IMG/VR virus record: IMGVR_UViG_3300025073_000623 | Span: 1 to 30,945 of that record | Source of the DNA: a virus | Lineage: Duplodnaviria; Caudoviricetes | Length of the DNA stretch: 30,945 nt | Strand: one strand, 5' to 3' | Shown here: positions 8,986 to 18,597 of the stretch, one piece after another | Layout: each line of letters opens with the position of its first letter | How positions within the stretch are numbered: position 1 is the stretch's first letter | Notes under the pieces: generated by a model | The model's database searches: none | Told to the model about the DNA's origin: nothing | What the model saw: the letters and a program-made list of their open reading frames with translations, nothing else | Made by a program: the position numbers and the translations under genes

Positions 8986-9260
8986 CAGTCTGGCGTTTTT
9001 CGCATTTCGGACTGGAATTCTGTTCGCTGAAGTCGGCGTCGTATCTCCAGATTCAGTCGCAACTGCTTTTCAGAAAGCGTCTCCAGTTCCAGCTCTGATT
9101 CCTTCAGCTCCTCCAGTGTCTCCACAGGAAGTTGCTGGCTGTGTTCTGAGCAATGACACCTGTATTCCCTTTCTTCCTCCTCCAGAGGAGCCTCCTCCGT
9201 TTCTACGTCACATTCACACTCATTCAACGCACAACCACACTTTGCACAAGCACTGTTCAT
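8967..9260 (-). CDS. Small hypothetical protein with Cys-rich N-terminus and coiled coil
   Basis: ATG 9260 after AAAGGAG, downstream of the promoter at 9311-9339. Contains CAKCGCALNECEC and a Glu-rich heptad region. Confidence 0.65.
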   Translation of the reverse strand: MNSACAKCGCALNECECDVETEEAPLEEEEREYRCHCSEHSQQLPVETLEELKESELELETLSEKQLRLNLEIRRRLQRTEFQSEMRKTPDWWTTTL

Positions 9261-9310
9261 ACTGTCTCCTTTCGATTTCAAATAGAAGACTAACCACTTG
9301 AACTGAAGAC

Positions 9311-9339
9311 AGTATATCACATCTCAGCAGTAAGGTCAA
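9311..9339 (-). promoter_or_regulatory. Sigma70-type promoter of the replication module
   Basis: TTGACC (9339-9334), 17 bp, TGaTATACT (-10 at 9316-9311), with AT-rich UP-like AAAAATTTTATT upstream. Confidence 0.8.
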
Positions 9340-9443
9340 CAATAAAATTTTTCTTGTTGTAGAAAACACAAGCCGTCGACCCAAGGATCAACGGCTTGCG
9401 GTTAGAGACTACTCTGGAGAACTCCGAACTACTCGAGAGAAGA

Positions 9444-10175
9444 TCAGACGCGACGGAGACCTTGCGCTTCGACCTTGGCGCCGTTGGCCGGGGCGTTCCC
9501 CGCACCGAACGTCAACTCGTCCACACCGCCGGTTCCGGTTCCTGCTCCGATGGACCACGTCGTCGGGAGCTGCATGATTCCATCCACATACACCGTGAGT
9601 GCGACCGTTCCGGCGTAGGGAAGATCGAAGATCAGCGTCGAACCATCGCCATCTGCCAGCGCCGCGGGCTCGCCGGTTGCAGTAATGGGCGAAAGGCCCT
9701 CTTCCTGCTCCTCGAACGTCACAGCGTCGGAGCCGATGGTGACCACAGCCGAGGTGAGCTTGAACAACTTCCCACCATGCACCGCGCCATTCTGCACGTA
9801 CACCAGCATACCCTGCGGAAGCTCCGCAGCCGCATCCCGTTCCGTCGCCCGTGTCATCACACCGTTGGACCCTGATCCGACAGTGTCGTCGTTGTAGATG
9901 CCGTTCTCGGTCGCCGGATCCTGCATCCAGGCCAGCACATCATCATTCTGCTGGAGATTGTACCCGTCGATCACGGAGGGTGCTCCGGAGGCCAGGTTCG
10001 GAATGTCGGCCAGAGTAGCACACTTGACTCGAGCATAGGTCAGATTCTGGTTGGGATCGATGTCCACGCCAGACTTCTGCAAAGTGCCGGTGAAGTTGAA
10101 CGCCTCGTCCAGCTTGATCTTACCAGGAAGAATTCCAGCTGTCGGGATCAGAGACAATACTGTTCGAAGAGCCAT
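9444..10175 (-). CDS. Virion structural protein (decoration or fibre-associated domain)
   Basis: VKCATLADIPNLASGAPSVIDGYNLQQNDDVLAWMQDPATENGIY matches a pattern common in phage structural proteins. C-terminal GDGSTLIF...LTVYVDGIMQ beta domain. Last gene of the tail module. Confidence 0.7.
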   Translation of the reverse strand: MALRTVLSLIPTAGILPGKIKLDEAFNFTGTLQKSGVDIDPNQNLTYARVKCATLADIPNLASGAPSVIDGYNLQQNDDVLAWMQDPATENGIYNDDTVGSGSNGVMTRATERDAAAELPQGMLVYVQNGAVHGGKLFKLTSAVVTIGSDAVTFEEQEEGLSPITATGEPAALADGDGSTLIFDLPYAGTVALTVYVDGIMQLPTTWSIGAGTGTGGVDELTFGAGNAPANGAKVEAQGLRRV

Positions 10176-10219
10176 CAGATACCGCCTTCCTTTTTAAGTG
10201 CTCCGGTTCTCCGGAGCGG

Positions 10220-10612
10220 TTATGTAGCAGACCGTTTCACACGTACTACCAGAGGTTCCCCAGCTGCAACCTGCTCTGCAGTAGGGGCTTTTCCTGTTGC
10301 CAATCGAAGTCTGTCCTCCAAGATTGTGTAGTCAAGCAGTGGAGCAAGCATTGCTACTCCCCACTGCACCATTGCATTGCGCGCCTCAGTACGAGCGTCG
10401 CTATCAATCTCCCCCTCCTGTTGACTCCCTGTACCCCACAGGTAGTCCAACTGATCCTCCACAGGAACAAAGACTTCACAGTAATCAAATGCTCCGTAGG
10501 AGCCACCTGCAAGGGCTTCCAACTGGTCGAGAATGGCATCGAGGCGTGCTGCCAATTCTGTAACAAAAAGCACCTTGCCATTCGACCCAGTACCGGGTAC
10601 GTCTGCCATCAC
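10220..10612 (-). CDS. Hypothetical virion-associated protein
   Basis: 130-aa ORF between fibre-like genes. The GGAG SD favours ATG 10609. Confidence 0.65.
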   Translation of the reverse strand: MMADVPGTGSNGKVLFVTELAARLDAILDQLEALAGGSYGAFDYCEVFVPVEDQLDYLWGTGSQQEGEIDSDARTEARNAMVQWGVAMLAPLLDYTILEDRLRLATGKAPTAEQVAAGEPLVVRVKRSAT

Positions 10613-10624
10613 TTCTCCAGAGAA

Positions 10625-11743
10625 TTAAAGTGTAGTGCGCTCTGTACGAATTTCAGCAAAAAATAGCCGTGAAACGTCGTCTATACCAAAAGGAGCTTCG
10701 AATTGAACGCGGATAAAGTACGCGTTATTCTCAAGGTCTATCGCTTCGGCAAGTGGCGTGATCAGGTCTACATAAGTCGCCACCCACGCACCGACAGTTC
10801 GTGTCGCCACGGTATCTGGCCAGGCTTGCAAAGCAATTGCTTCTGCCGCCCCAGACGTTTTTTGAAGTTTGTACAAATACACGACAGCCCCTGTCGAACC
10901 TGGTGCAGTACCAGTTATTTGTACACATGATCGAAAACCGGTGATAACATCGTCAGCTGCAAAGACTACTTCTGCTTCAAATTCAGTATCTGTATTTCCA
11001 CGCCAGGATAGTATCCCGGGTTTTTCTCTTACCACATCCGTGACTAATGTCGTTTCAACCAACTCGAAGCTCGTACCAAGCTTCGTATAGTATTTGGGAG
11101 CCACTCCGGAGGAGTGGAATAGAAATTGTTGTGCCGTTACCGTCTCCGCGAGTAAGGTATCTGCTGAAAGAGCGTTGGCCAAAACACGTCCAAGTTTATC
11201 TACAGAGAAGCGATATGGAGAACCGTCAGAATCAATCACAGCCAACTGCGGCTGATCGTCGTCGTCGGCGACATCATTATATATAGCCAGTTTGAGACTA
11301 TTCGCACTTCCCGCGCGCAGTCTCGTCTGCCCAGCTCGTAATAGCTTATCTTCCGAAACTTCCACGGAATCGTCATCAACTGTAATAAGCGGCGCCGCAC
11401 CTGCAGGTATCGAAGCAATGACCTGCATAATCGGAATGCCGTGATTCTCCGGAGGACCTTGCACGAACAATGACGAACCCCAGCCATCCGGAGACTGAGT
11501 AGATACTCCTGTATGGTAACCGGTTGCTGGATCATGCTGCACAGCAAACATAGTCGGCCCTACTGAAGCGGCCTGTTCAGCATGCTCGGCATTATCAGCG
11601 AGATCTTCGAGTAGATCCTTCACATACGGACCCGGGTATACAACTCCATCAACAGGAGTGTCATCCCATACGTGAGGCTCATTTCCGGCCGGAATTATTA
11701 CGGTGTCGTGTTTGACGTTCTGAGGGGTATATTCCGTGGACAT
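10625..11743 (-). CDS. Putative tail fibre / receptor-binding protein
   Basis: Follows baseplate J and I-like genes. ATG 11743 (MSTEY) has GGAG 5 nt upstream, whereas the 11917 start overlaps the upstream gene. Function is positional. Confidence 0.6.
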   Translation of the reverse strand: MSTEYTPQNVKHDTVIIPAGNEPHVWDDTPVDGVVYPGPYVKDLLEDLADNAEHAEQAASVGPTMFAVQHDPATGYHTGVSTQSPDGWGSSLFVQGPPENHGIPIMQVIASIPAGAAPLITVDDDSVEVSEDKLLRAGQTRLRAGSANSLKLAIYNDVADDDDQPQLAVIDSDGSPYRFSVDKLGRVLANALSADTLLAETVTAQQFLFHSSGVAPKYYTKLGTSFELVETTLVTDVVREKPGILSWRGNTDTEFEAEVVFAADDVITGFRSCVQITGTAPGSTGAVVYLYKLQKTSGAAEAIALQAWPDTVATRTVGAWVATYVDLITPLAEAIDLENNAYFIRVQFEAPFGIDDVSRLFFAEIRTERTTL

Positions 11744-11756
11744 TACTTCTCCGGAG

Positions 11757-12374
11757 TCACTCATCGTTAAGAATGACAAAGACCTCTGATCCGCCCGGCT
11801 GCACGAAAATAAAACCAACAAAGAGATTACCAGCAAACCGGCACCGAAGCACAATCTGTCGCATCTCTTCCAACAAGGCACCGTCGAAACTCGCATTCCA
11901 GACCTCAGTTGGCTCATTCCAAGTCTTCAGGGGCTGATTCCAAGATTCGACTTCAAAGCCTTCAACTCGAACCCAGAAACGATTCCACATCTCGATTTCG
12001 TCGGGTTTCGTCTCGGGTGTCCAATCCTTCTCACAAATAACCTCGGCTGTATAACCAAGAAGAGCGAAAGTGTCTACTATGCTCTTACTAGTACCTAAAA
12101 ACTTGTAAAACTCCAGAGCTTGCCAGATACGGTTCCTGTACGATTGGTCTGTATCAAGGCTGTATCTAGGAAGCTTACGGAGTTCTCCAGAGAACTTAAG
12201 TGCATCAACCGGCTGATTCACGATCAGCCAACTCTGCCAAGTGATCCGTGATAAGTACGCAACCCGCTCCAATTCTTCGCCAATAGCAGCTACAACCGCC
12301 CAAACTTGTGATCCAGGCAAATTGACAAGCCATCGAGGAAGTTCGGCAAAAAATCTGTCGCGAGTCGGAAACAA
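11757..12374 (-). CDS. Baseplate wedge protein (P2 gpI / Mu gp48-like)
   Basis: Directly after baseplate J. GELRKLPRYSLDTDQSYRNRI...GTSKSIVDTF pattern typical of gpI-like proteins. Confidence 0.65.
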   Translation of the reverse strand: MFPTRDRFFAELPRWLVNLPGSQVWAVVAAIGEELERVAYLSRITWQSWLIVNQPVDALKFSGELRKLPRYSLDTDQSYRNRIWQALEFYKFLGTSKSIVDTFALLGYTAEVICEKDWTPETKPDEIEMWNRFWVRVEGFEVESWNQPLKTWNEPTEVWNASFDGALLEEMRQIVLRCRFAGNLFVGFIFVQPGGSEVFVILNDE

Positions 12375-12376
12375 GA

Positions 12377-13504
12377 CTACTCCGCAGAATCAAAGAAAAC
12401 CAAAGAATTGACGAGAACAGTAAGTCCCCATTGAGATCCAGTATACACGGTATTTGGAAGTAAGTCAACTATCTTCTCAATTGCAGGTGATGAAAATATA
12501 CCCACCACAGCGTTCTCTTCAGCATCGAGACCGAAATTCTTACGCCAAATATCTGAAGCCGGGATCTCGTCACCATAACTCAGCGATGCTTGCCACAAAG
12601 CTATGGCATCAGATACCGCTTCTTCTGCCTCAGCTTTACGACCAGGGTATACAGTAACCGTTCCGCTAATCTCCAGCTCCTCCGGAGTAGCGGCCAACAC
12701 TGTCACAGAAACAGCTTGAAAAACTTGCAGGGCTTCAATTGCCGCAGCTAGTGCAGCAACCTGGTCCACATTTGCTGCCTCCGCTGTTTGCCCAGCATAG
12801 ACAATCATCTCACCTGCCGCAGTACTGTCAACGCGTGTCCTTACCTTCGTCAACAAAGGATCCGTATTGATGGCTAGGTTCTGAACGAACTCCTGCGCAC
12901 CTGCCCCGATTCCTCCAAGGGTAAGCTGACAACGTGCGTGAAGAGCCGGTATCGTTTCTTTATCTACTCCAGAGGAGTAGATCACAACCGGAGTAATCGT
13001 AACCCCAACAATCGGAGTCACGATGTTCACCAGTTGTTCCGGTGTAACATTGCCTTCTATTCCGGCGACTACAGCTTGAAACAGGAGATCCTCTGAAGTA
13101 CCACTATCAACTACGACTGCGGTCTGAAGAAAATACTCCTGCCCCCAAGAGGTGCTTATACGGAAGTCCGTTGTGAGGTCCGCTGCTGGTTGACCCTCTT
13201 CCACAGCCACAGTAACTGAAAACACCGCCGCTTCAGCAGGCAACCTCGTCAAGCCAAACTGGGAGTATGCCCACCGTTCTGCAAGTGTCTCCACAGAAGT
13301 AGTTGTGAAAGCTGCTCCTCCTGCGAAGAAGCGGATCATGTCGTATATCAGTACGAATACAACACTGACCGCGTAAACAATCACGGCCATTATCCCGCGA
13401 TCTTTCCACGTGTCAGGTTGTGCCCCTTTCACAGCCGCCGCAGCCCGCAACCGGGCGTCAACAGTTTCCTGTGTCTCGATAACAAGAAGGTCAGAATAGT
13501 TCAT
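12377..13504 (-). CDS. Baseplate J-like protein (P2 gpJ / Mu gp47)
   Basis: FGLTRLPAEAAV, FQAVVAGIEGNV and SSGVDKETIPALHAR motifs of the Baseplate_J family. 375 aa. Confidence 0.85.
   Translation of the reverse strand: MNYSDLLVIETQETVDARLRAAAAVKGAQPDTWKDRGIMAVIVYAVSVVFVLIYDMIRFFAGGAAFTTTSVETLAERWAYSQFGLTRLPAEAAVFSVTVAVEEGQPAADLTTDFRISTSWGQEYFLQTAVVVDSGTSEDLLFQAVVAGIEGNVTPEQLVNIVTPIVGVTITPVVIYSSGVDKETIPALHARCQLTLGGIGAGAQEFVQNLAINTDPLLTKVRTRVDSTAAGEMIVYAGQTAEAANVDQVAALAAAIEALQVFQAVSVTVLAATPEELEISGTVTVYPGRKAEAEEAVSDAIALWQASLSYGDEIPASDIWRKNFGLDAEENAVVGIFSSPAIEKIVDLLPNTVYTGSQWGLTVLVNSLVFFDSAE
12440..12468 (-). promoter_or_regulatory. Sigma70-type promoter in the 3' end of baseplate J, facing the wedge/fibre genes
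   Basis: TTGACT (12468-12463), 17 bp, TATACT (12445-12440). Confidence 0.6.
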
Positions 13505-14111
13505 TGTTCAGCTCCAGAGCTACGGAGCCTTCCGCTCCGGAGTACAGTACAAACGAAATAATGATCGTGGTTCCTTCCTGAACAAAGGTGTGGCTTTCTA
13601 TGTCATCCATTTCCGCCACAATTCGTTCGAGCGTGTTCTTAAGTACAGGGTTTACCATCGACCCAAGCAAATCGGTTATGTCTACACACGGAAGTTTTGA
13701 TCCACCTATTAACGAAGCGTAGTAACCTCGCATCACCCGCTGTGCCACATCTTCAAGCTCTGTCGTTAATGCTGGCCAGTTGAAAGCAACATCTGGCCCC
13801 GTCCAAGCGGGCGAACAATACACTTCGACAAAAGCAAAGTCCGAATCTACCTTCTCTGGAGAAGTAAAACTCGCAGAAAAACCTCCTGGCCAGACAGCCG
13901 ACTCCACCCACAACTCTCCTGCTCCTCCTGAAGCGTCCCACTGCCAGACACCTTCACGATATCGAAATAGGTTGTACCTCGCTGCTTCAGTAGGAGTAGC
14001 TACAGCCACAACACAACCGGCAAATACCAAATCTGTACTCATAGACACAACGACAGATGCCGGATGTTCAGTCGTGGCAAAGAGATTGACATCTTCGATT
14101 GCGGCGGTCAT
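13491..14111 (-). CDS. Putative baseplate wedge / sheath initiator (gpW/gp25/Mu gp46-like C-terminal half)
   Basis: Lies between the spike and baseplate J. C-terminal half loosely fits gp25-like proteins. Confidence 0.5.
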   Translation of the reverse strand: MTAAIEDVNLFATTEHPASVVVSMSTDLVFAGCVVAVATPTEAARYNLFRYREGVWQWDASGGAGELWVESAVWPGGFSASFTSPEKVDSDFAFVEVYCSPAWTGPDVAFNWPALTTELEDVAQRVMRGYYASLIGGSKLPCVDITDLLGSMVNPVLKNTLERIVAEMDDIESHTFVQEGTTIIISFVLYSGAEGSVALELNNELF

Positions 14112-14674
14112 CCGATATTTACCTTTCCACTCCCCGAAGTGATCCTACTATCTACTGTAACAGGAGGCCAGGTGTACCCGAGTGCATTGGCTGCCGCCAT
14201 TGCAGCTTGAAAAGCACTCGAACCCGGAGTCGTCAAGCAAGCTGCCTGCACCGCTGCCGCCCACAATACGAATCCTGGGTCTGTAACAACTGACATTTGT
14301 ACGTCATCCCCTACACGAGCAGCAGCGGCCCCTCCTGGAAGAATAGTCACAGATACTGAGGTGCCTGAATAAAAGCCTACGATGACAGGCAACTCGCCCG
14401 GTGCAGCAGCGTCTTCAGTATCTCCAGAGACACGAGGCCACTCCAACAGTACATCAGCACCCTTCTGAAAAGTAAGTGTACAGCCTGGCCATGGCTGCAT
14501 AACCTTGACCTTCGGTATCTGTCCCCCCCAGGCGTCTACAACACAAGTACCATCAACAGACACAGTCCTTACAATACCACGGCGAGGCTGAAGAAAACGA
14601 ATTCCAAGCCTGTCGCGACAAAGACGTACAATTTCCACTATAAGAGCTTCTGCGATCACATCTGCACCACGCAA
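14108..14674 (-). CDS. Putative baseplate central spike (gpV/gp45-like)
   Basis: N-terminal OB-fold-like GIVRTVSVDGTCVVD...QKGADVLLEW. C-terminal AAARVGDDV...ITSGSGKVNIG. Canonical position. Confidence 0.65.
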   Translation of the reverse strand: MRGADVIAEALIVEIVRLCRDRLGIRFLQPRRGIVRTVSVDGTCVVDAWGGQIPKVKVMQPWPGCTLTFQKGADVLLEWPRVSGDTEDAAAPGELPVIVGFYSGTSVSVTILPGGAAAARVGDDVQMSVVTDPGFVLWAAAVQAACLTTPGSSAFQAAMAAANALGYTWPPVTVDSRITSGSGKVNIG

Positions 14675-15279
14675 TGCGCACTATTTTCTGCACTGGCAGT
14701 GTATTCCACTGCCTTTACAGTAACCGAAGGCCAAATGAAGGTCTCAGGCTCCAACATTAACTGCTGAATTCCTGCTTGAGGGTGCGAAGACAGGTAGTAA
14801 CTTTCGCCAGTATCGTCTTCAGGCCACACTTCGCCTACGACTACTTCTCCAGAGGCCAAACAGTGCCACTTGACACCTAGTTGACCCAATATCTGAGGCA
14901 GTGTCTGGCCAGGAAAACGAAACCAATCCTTTATCTTTGTACTCAGCACTGACTGCACAGACAGTGTTTCACCGCAATCAGATACCGCATCCCGAATCAT
15001 AGTTGCAACTGCTCCGGAGGAGTAACTCCTGGCCTGTGCAATACTTTGCAGCCCTTTTCCTGGCCGGATATCAACGTGATACGTCCGACTCTGTCGTTCA
15101 GATGCTACCACCTTCCCGCTAAAGAGGATATCTCGAAAAGTCACCTGCACCTGTGTAAGGTTGGCTACCTCTTCCGGCAACTCGAGACAAATCCTCCAAG
15201 CCCCTTGCGCGGGAAGCTGTACTGTGGTTCGAAACGCTGTAAGCGGTTCGTGAAGACCAGTATATGAAAGCGTAGCCAC
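14656..15279 (-). CDS. Putative baseplate hub protein (gpD/gp44-like)
   Basis: 207-aa ORF just upstream of the spike with an overlapping stop/start. Function is positional. Confidence 0.5.
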   Translation of the reverse strand: MATLSYTGLHEPLTAFRTTVQLPAQGAWRICLELPEEVANLTQVQVTFRDILFSGKVVASERQSRTYHVDIRPGKGLQSIAQARSYSSGAVATMIRDAVSDCGETLSVQSVLSTKIKDWFRFPGQTLPQILGQLGVKWHCLASGEVVVGEVWPEDDTGESYYLSSHPQAGIQQLMLEPETFIWPSVTVKAVEYTASAENSAHCVVQM

Positions 15280-15986
15280 TACTGCTGTACTCCGTAATCG
15301 TAGTCCGAATAGGGTGTCTCAGGTATAGCCGAGGACATATTCGGAGGCGCTTGAACCAAAGGTTTTGCTGGCGTCTGGTATACCGCTGCGGGCTCCTTCG
15401 ACCTCAGTAAATGAGCGTTCCACTTCCGTTCAAGTTCGGCGTTCGGATTGATAGCCCTCTTCGTATCCTGTGGAACGTCTCGAACCAAGCCTTTATCCTT
15501 ATCCGATGCCGAAGGTGGCTTCGGAACGAACCGTCGCGGGAATGCCTCAAGCAGCGTGAAACTGTAAACGTAACTAAGTCCTACCTCCGGAGCAACCGGC
15601 GGTGCCCAGTCGTTGATGAGCATCATACGACTGGGGTGTTCATTCAGAATAGGGTTTGTGACTTGGACTGCACCCCCTCGTAGACTCAATAGCGGACGGG
15701 GGGCGTACTTCTCATACAGCCGCAGCAGTTCTTCGTACTGCGGTTCATTCCAGATTTGAAACGCTGCTTTGAAAGCCGGAACCTTGAAACCGCTGAAGTA
15801 TACGAACGTTGCGAACATCCGCTCTTCTTGCTCAAGACGGTATTTGAAGGACCGAACTCCTCCGGAGAGTGTAAGCAACCCAGGACAAAGATCGTCTTGG
15901 GTCGTACCAAGGTACAACATTTGTGCAGGGCCTGGATTCGCGATGTGTCGTGGGGGCTCTGAGCCCCAAAGAATTTTTGCACTCAT
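15279..15986 (-). CDS. Putative tail tube initiator / baseplate protein
   Basis: Immediately after the tape measure gene with an ATGA overlap. Function is positional. Confidence 0.5.
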   Translation of the reverse strand: MSAKILWGSEPPRHIANPGPAQMLYLGTTQDDLCPGLLTLSGGVRSFKYRLEQEERMFATFVYFSGFKVPAFKAAFQIWNEPQYEELLRLYEKYAPRPLLSLRGGAVQVTNPILNEHPSRMMLINDWAPPVAPEVGLSYVYSFTLLEAFPRRFVPKPPSASDKDKGLVRDVPQDTKRAINPNAELERKWNAHLLRSKEPAAVYQTPAKPLVQAPPNMSSAIPETPYSDYDYGVQQ

Positions 15987-18301
15987 GCCGGAAGTCCTCT
16001 CAGTTCGCCCACAATACCGGCTACCACCCGTTGAGAAAGCGCTTCACCGTCTTCCCCCGGTTGCTGATATATGTTGATATCTCCGAACACAGCGCCTCCT
16101 CCGGAGAAATTTCGCGATCCAAGATTCGGGTCTACCGATCGCTGTTGTCTTTCAGTTTCTTTCTTTTCGTGATATTCCTTTAGGGCGTCATCTAAGCTTT
16201 GATATCCACCGCCTATTGCACCAGCCGCTGGATTCCAAATGTAGTTATCCCAGGCGTTGAAAACTTCATCGACCGCTGCACCTGTCCAAGTGAGCGGATT
16301 CAGCTTACCACCAAAATTCATTCTTGCCCGCTCTTCTACGGCAGAGGAGCGATCTTTCAAAGGAGCTGCCAGAAAATCCAGAACCTTTATGGTTGTAGCA
16401 CCCAAGTCCGTCAACGCGACGGCAAGTTCGATCAGTGCATTCGTAGTTTCCCGTACCTTCTCCGGAGAATCGAAGAACTTCATCATTCCGCCGAAGATTG
16501 ACTGAAATTTCGGACGACTGTCCTCCATTGCCAACATAAAACCTTTGAACGCACTGCCGACCCAGTTCACAGACTCCGCTCCAAACTTCCCAAACTCTTC
16601 CCAATTGAAGGCGCTTATGCCTCCAACAATATCGTTCAAAAAATCAAAACCTCGAAAGTTCTTAACGAACCCTGTGCTGAATCCCAACAGCGAAGTGACA
16701 GCCTTGTCTATTCCAACAGCAATACGTTCTTGTGAAGACGTACTCCCAAGAGTCGGTACAAAACTTCGCAGCATCTCCATAACTTTGTCAGCCGACCCCC
16801 CCTTTCGTTGAGCAATCACATCTGCGATCTCAATTGGGAAAGACGCAAGCTGACTCATCAAACCTTGAATCGTGTTGTTAGTCGCCCAAACGGAATATTC
16901 TCCGGTCTTTTCCCGTCGCAATCGCTGATTGGAGACCGCCGCAAAGGCGTTTATCACCATGTTCGGGCCAACTTCTCCGGAGGAGATCTTCTCCATCACT
17001 TCCGAAACATTCTTCAACTTCCCTACACGAGGATTCAGTTTCTGAAACTCAGCTGAGTTCCACTGCTCAAAAATATTCTGCCGAATCATTGCCAAGGGCA
17101 ACCCGAGATTAGCCGCCTGACGCCCTTCTTCTGCTTGAAAACGCCCCTTAGAAATGACGTCTCCAACAAGTTTCTCTGTGAGATGCATCGCACGTGTAGC
17201 ATCTTTCGGATTCAGACCGAAGGCAACGTCAGAGCTAAACTGGGTAAGAAAGTCAGCTTCAGAAAGACTTTTACCCATACTCATGAACTTAGGTGTCATG
17301 AGCAAGGTATCTCTGGTAGTAAGCGGCGTCTGTCTGGCTACCTCTCTCCGGAGATAGTCTCCTAATCCGACAGCGAGATCCTTATTCCCGCCAGCCAAAG
17401 CATCAATAATGCCGTTAGCCTGCTGATTAAACCCAACGGCTTCTTCATACCACTTCGCGACGTATATTGTCGCAGCACCAGCAGCGACACCCAACCCAGC
17501 CAGCATCTTCGCTACGGCAGCAAATCCAGTTAAGCCAGCTTCGGCTACAAGTCCAGCAGCTCCCAAAGCTGTACCTATTGGACCAAGACTTGCTAGCGCG
17601 GTAAGAACACCGTAGCGGGGGCCAAAAGCGAAACCGCCAAAAGCTCCCGGTCTTCCTCCGAATCCCCCTCCTCCACCACCTCCACCGGAACCACGAAGCA
17701 TCTGTCGCTGCGTCGCACGCTCTTGAGCTTGAGCCATCCGTTGAGTATGTAACGCAGCACCGTTCGTCAACCGCTGTGCATACAGCTGCCGACGGTAGTT
17801 AAGCATTTGATTTTGGTTGACAAGTACCTGATCAGTCATCAGACGCTTATGCTGAAGAGTATCCGCAAAAAGCTGCTGCCTATATCTTGTCAACTGTGCC
17901 TGATTCAGAGCTGCTTGATTCTGTCTAACCAAGGTCTGAGCATTCATTCTCCGGATAGCAGATATTCGATCGTTGTTTGATTGTCTCCGGAGAAATTGAG
18001 ACTGTTGCCTCCATTCATTTTGACGATCGTGAGCAAAAGCCTTCTGAAGTATCTCCTCCTCACGTATCGCAATACGTGCAGCAGACCACTGGGCATCTCG
18101 CTGTGTAGCCTGTAACCTAAAAGCCTGAAGCTTCTTAGTAGCAGCTCTATTCGACAAGTCGAACTCCTGCCGCGCAGCTTTCCACTGCGCAGCAGCGGTC
18201 TCAGACTGTTGACGTATCGTTTGGAGTGTTTGCCGGTGTGTTGCCTGTGCCAACTGTTCGACACGGGCAAGTTCGGCAGCCCTAAGTTCCTTCGCAGTCA
18301 T
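15983..18301 (-). CDS. Tape measure protein
   Basis: 772 aa. Gln/Arg-rich coiled-coil N-terminus, Gly/Ala-rich hydrophobic segment, and tape-measure-domain-like TPLT...SKGRFQAEEGRQAANLGLP. Follows the chaperone gene. Confidence 0.85.
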   Translation of the reverse strand: MTAKELRAAELARVEQLAQATHRQTLQTIRQQSETAAAQWKAARQEFDLSNRAATKKLQAFRLQATQRDAQWSAARIAIREEEILQKAFAHDRQNEWRQQSQFLRRQSNNDRISAIRRMNAQTLVRQNQAALNQAQLTRYRQQLFADTLQHKRLMTDQVLVNQNQMLNYRRQLYAQRLTNGAALHTQRMAQAQERATQRQMLRGSGGGGGGGGFGGRPGAFGGFAFGPRYGVLTALASLGPIGTALGAAGLVAEAGLTGFAAVAKMLAGLGVAAGAATIYVAKWYEEAVGFNQQANGIIDALAGGNKDLAVGLGDYLRREVARQTPLTTRDTLLMTPKFMSMGKSLSEADFLTQFSSDVAFGLNPKDATRAMHLTEKLVGDVISKGRFQAEEGRQAANLGLPLAMIRQNIFEQWNSAEFQKLNPRVGKLKNVSEVMEKISSGEVGPNMVINAFAAVSNQRLRREKTGEYSVWATNNTIQGLMSQLASFPIEIADVIAQRKGGSADKVMEMLRSFVPTLGSTSSQERIAVGIDKAVTSLLGFSTGFVKNFRGFDFLNDIVGGISAFNWEEFGKFGAESVNWVGSAFKGFMLAMEDSRPKFQSIFGGMMKFFDSPEKVRETTNALIELAVALTDLGATTIKVLDFLAAPLKDRSSAVEERARMNFGGKLNPLTWTGAAVDEVFNAWDNYIWNPAAGAIGGGYQSLDDALKEYHEKKETERQQRSVDPNLGSRNFSGGGAVFGDINIYQQPGEDGEALSQRVVAGIVGELRGLPA

Positions 18302-18597
18302 TTCTTCTTAGGTCCTCTCAAAAGCTGTCGAAGATCGTACATTTGAAGAAACTCCAGTGTCGCCCCGGTTACTGCCAAAGCAGATACCGGTGTTTGTCGC
18401 GAGGCCAGGAGAGCCTGCGCAGCAAAGGTAAGTTCGATACTATCCAGTTGCTCTGACTTAAAGATGTCTAAGGCGAACTGAACGCCGTCGATTATCGGAA
18501 TCGACGTTTGACTACTCCGGAGAAGTTCCCGCGTCCAGTCCCTAAGTCGTCCTATTCGGTCGAGTTCACGTTCTTGGGCAACAGCAATACCAAAGGG
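18298..18597 (-). CDS. Frameshift extension (gpT-like part) of the tail assembly chaperone
   Basis: The -1 frame is open from 18657 to TGA 18300-18298, which overlaps the tape measure ATG, and has no early start codon. Slippery C CCT TTG at 18597-18591. Translation PFGIAVAQERELDRIGRLRDWTRELLRS...LRQLLRGPKKK. Confidence 0.75.
   Translation of the reverse strand, partial: PFGIAVAQERELDRIGRLRDWTRELLRSSQTSIPIIDGVQFALDIFKSEQLDSIELTFAAQALLASRQTPVSALAVTGATLEFLQMYDLRQLLRGPKKK

Noticed and set aside
10625-11917. ORF-track long starts at 11917, 19707, 22163, 9320, 4930 and 4779
   Set aside because: They overlap upstream genes or predicted promoters. Downstream ATGs with a clear SD or stop-start coupling fit better.
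9444-12374. Diversity-generating retroelement or invertible fibre cassette
   Set aside because: No reverse transcriptase, template/variable repeat pair or invertase was seen.
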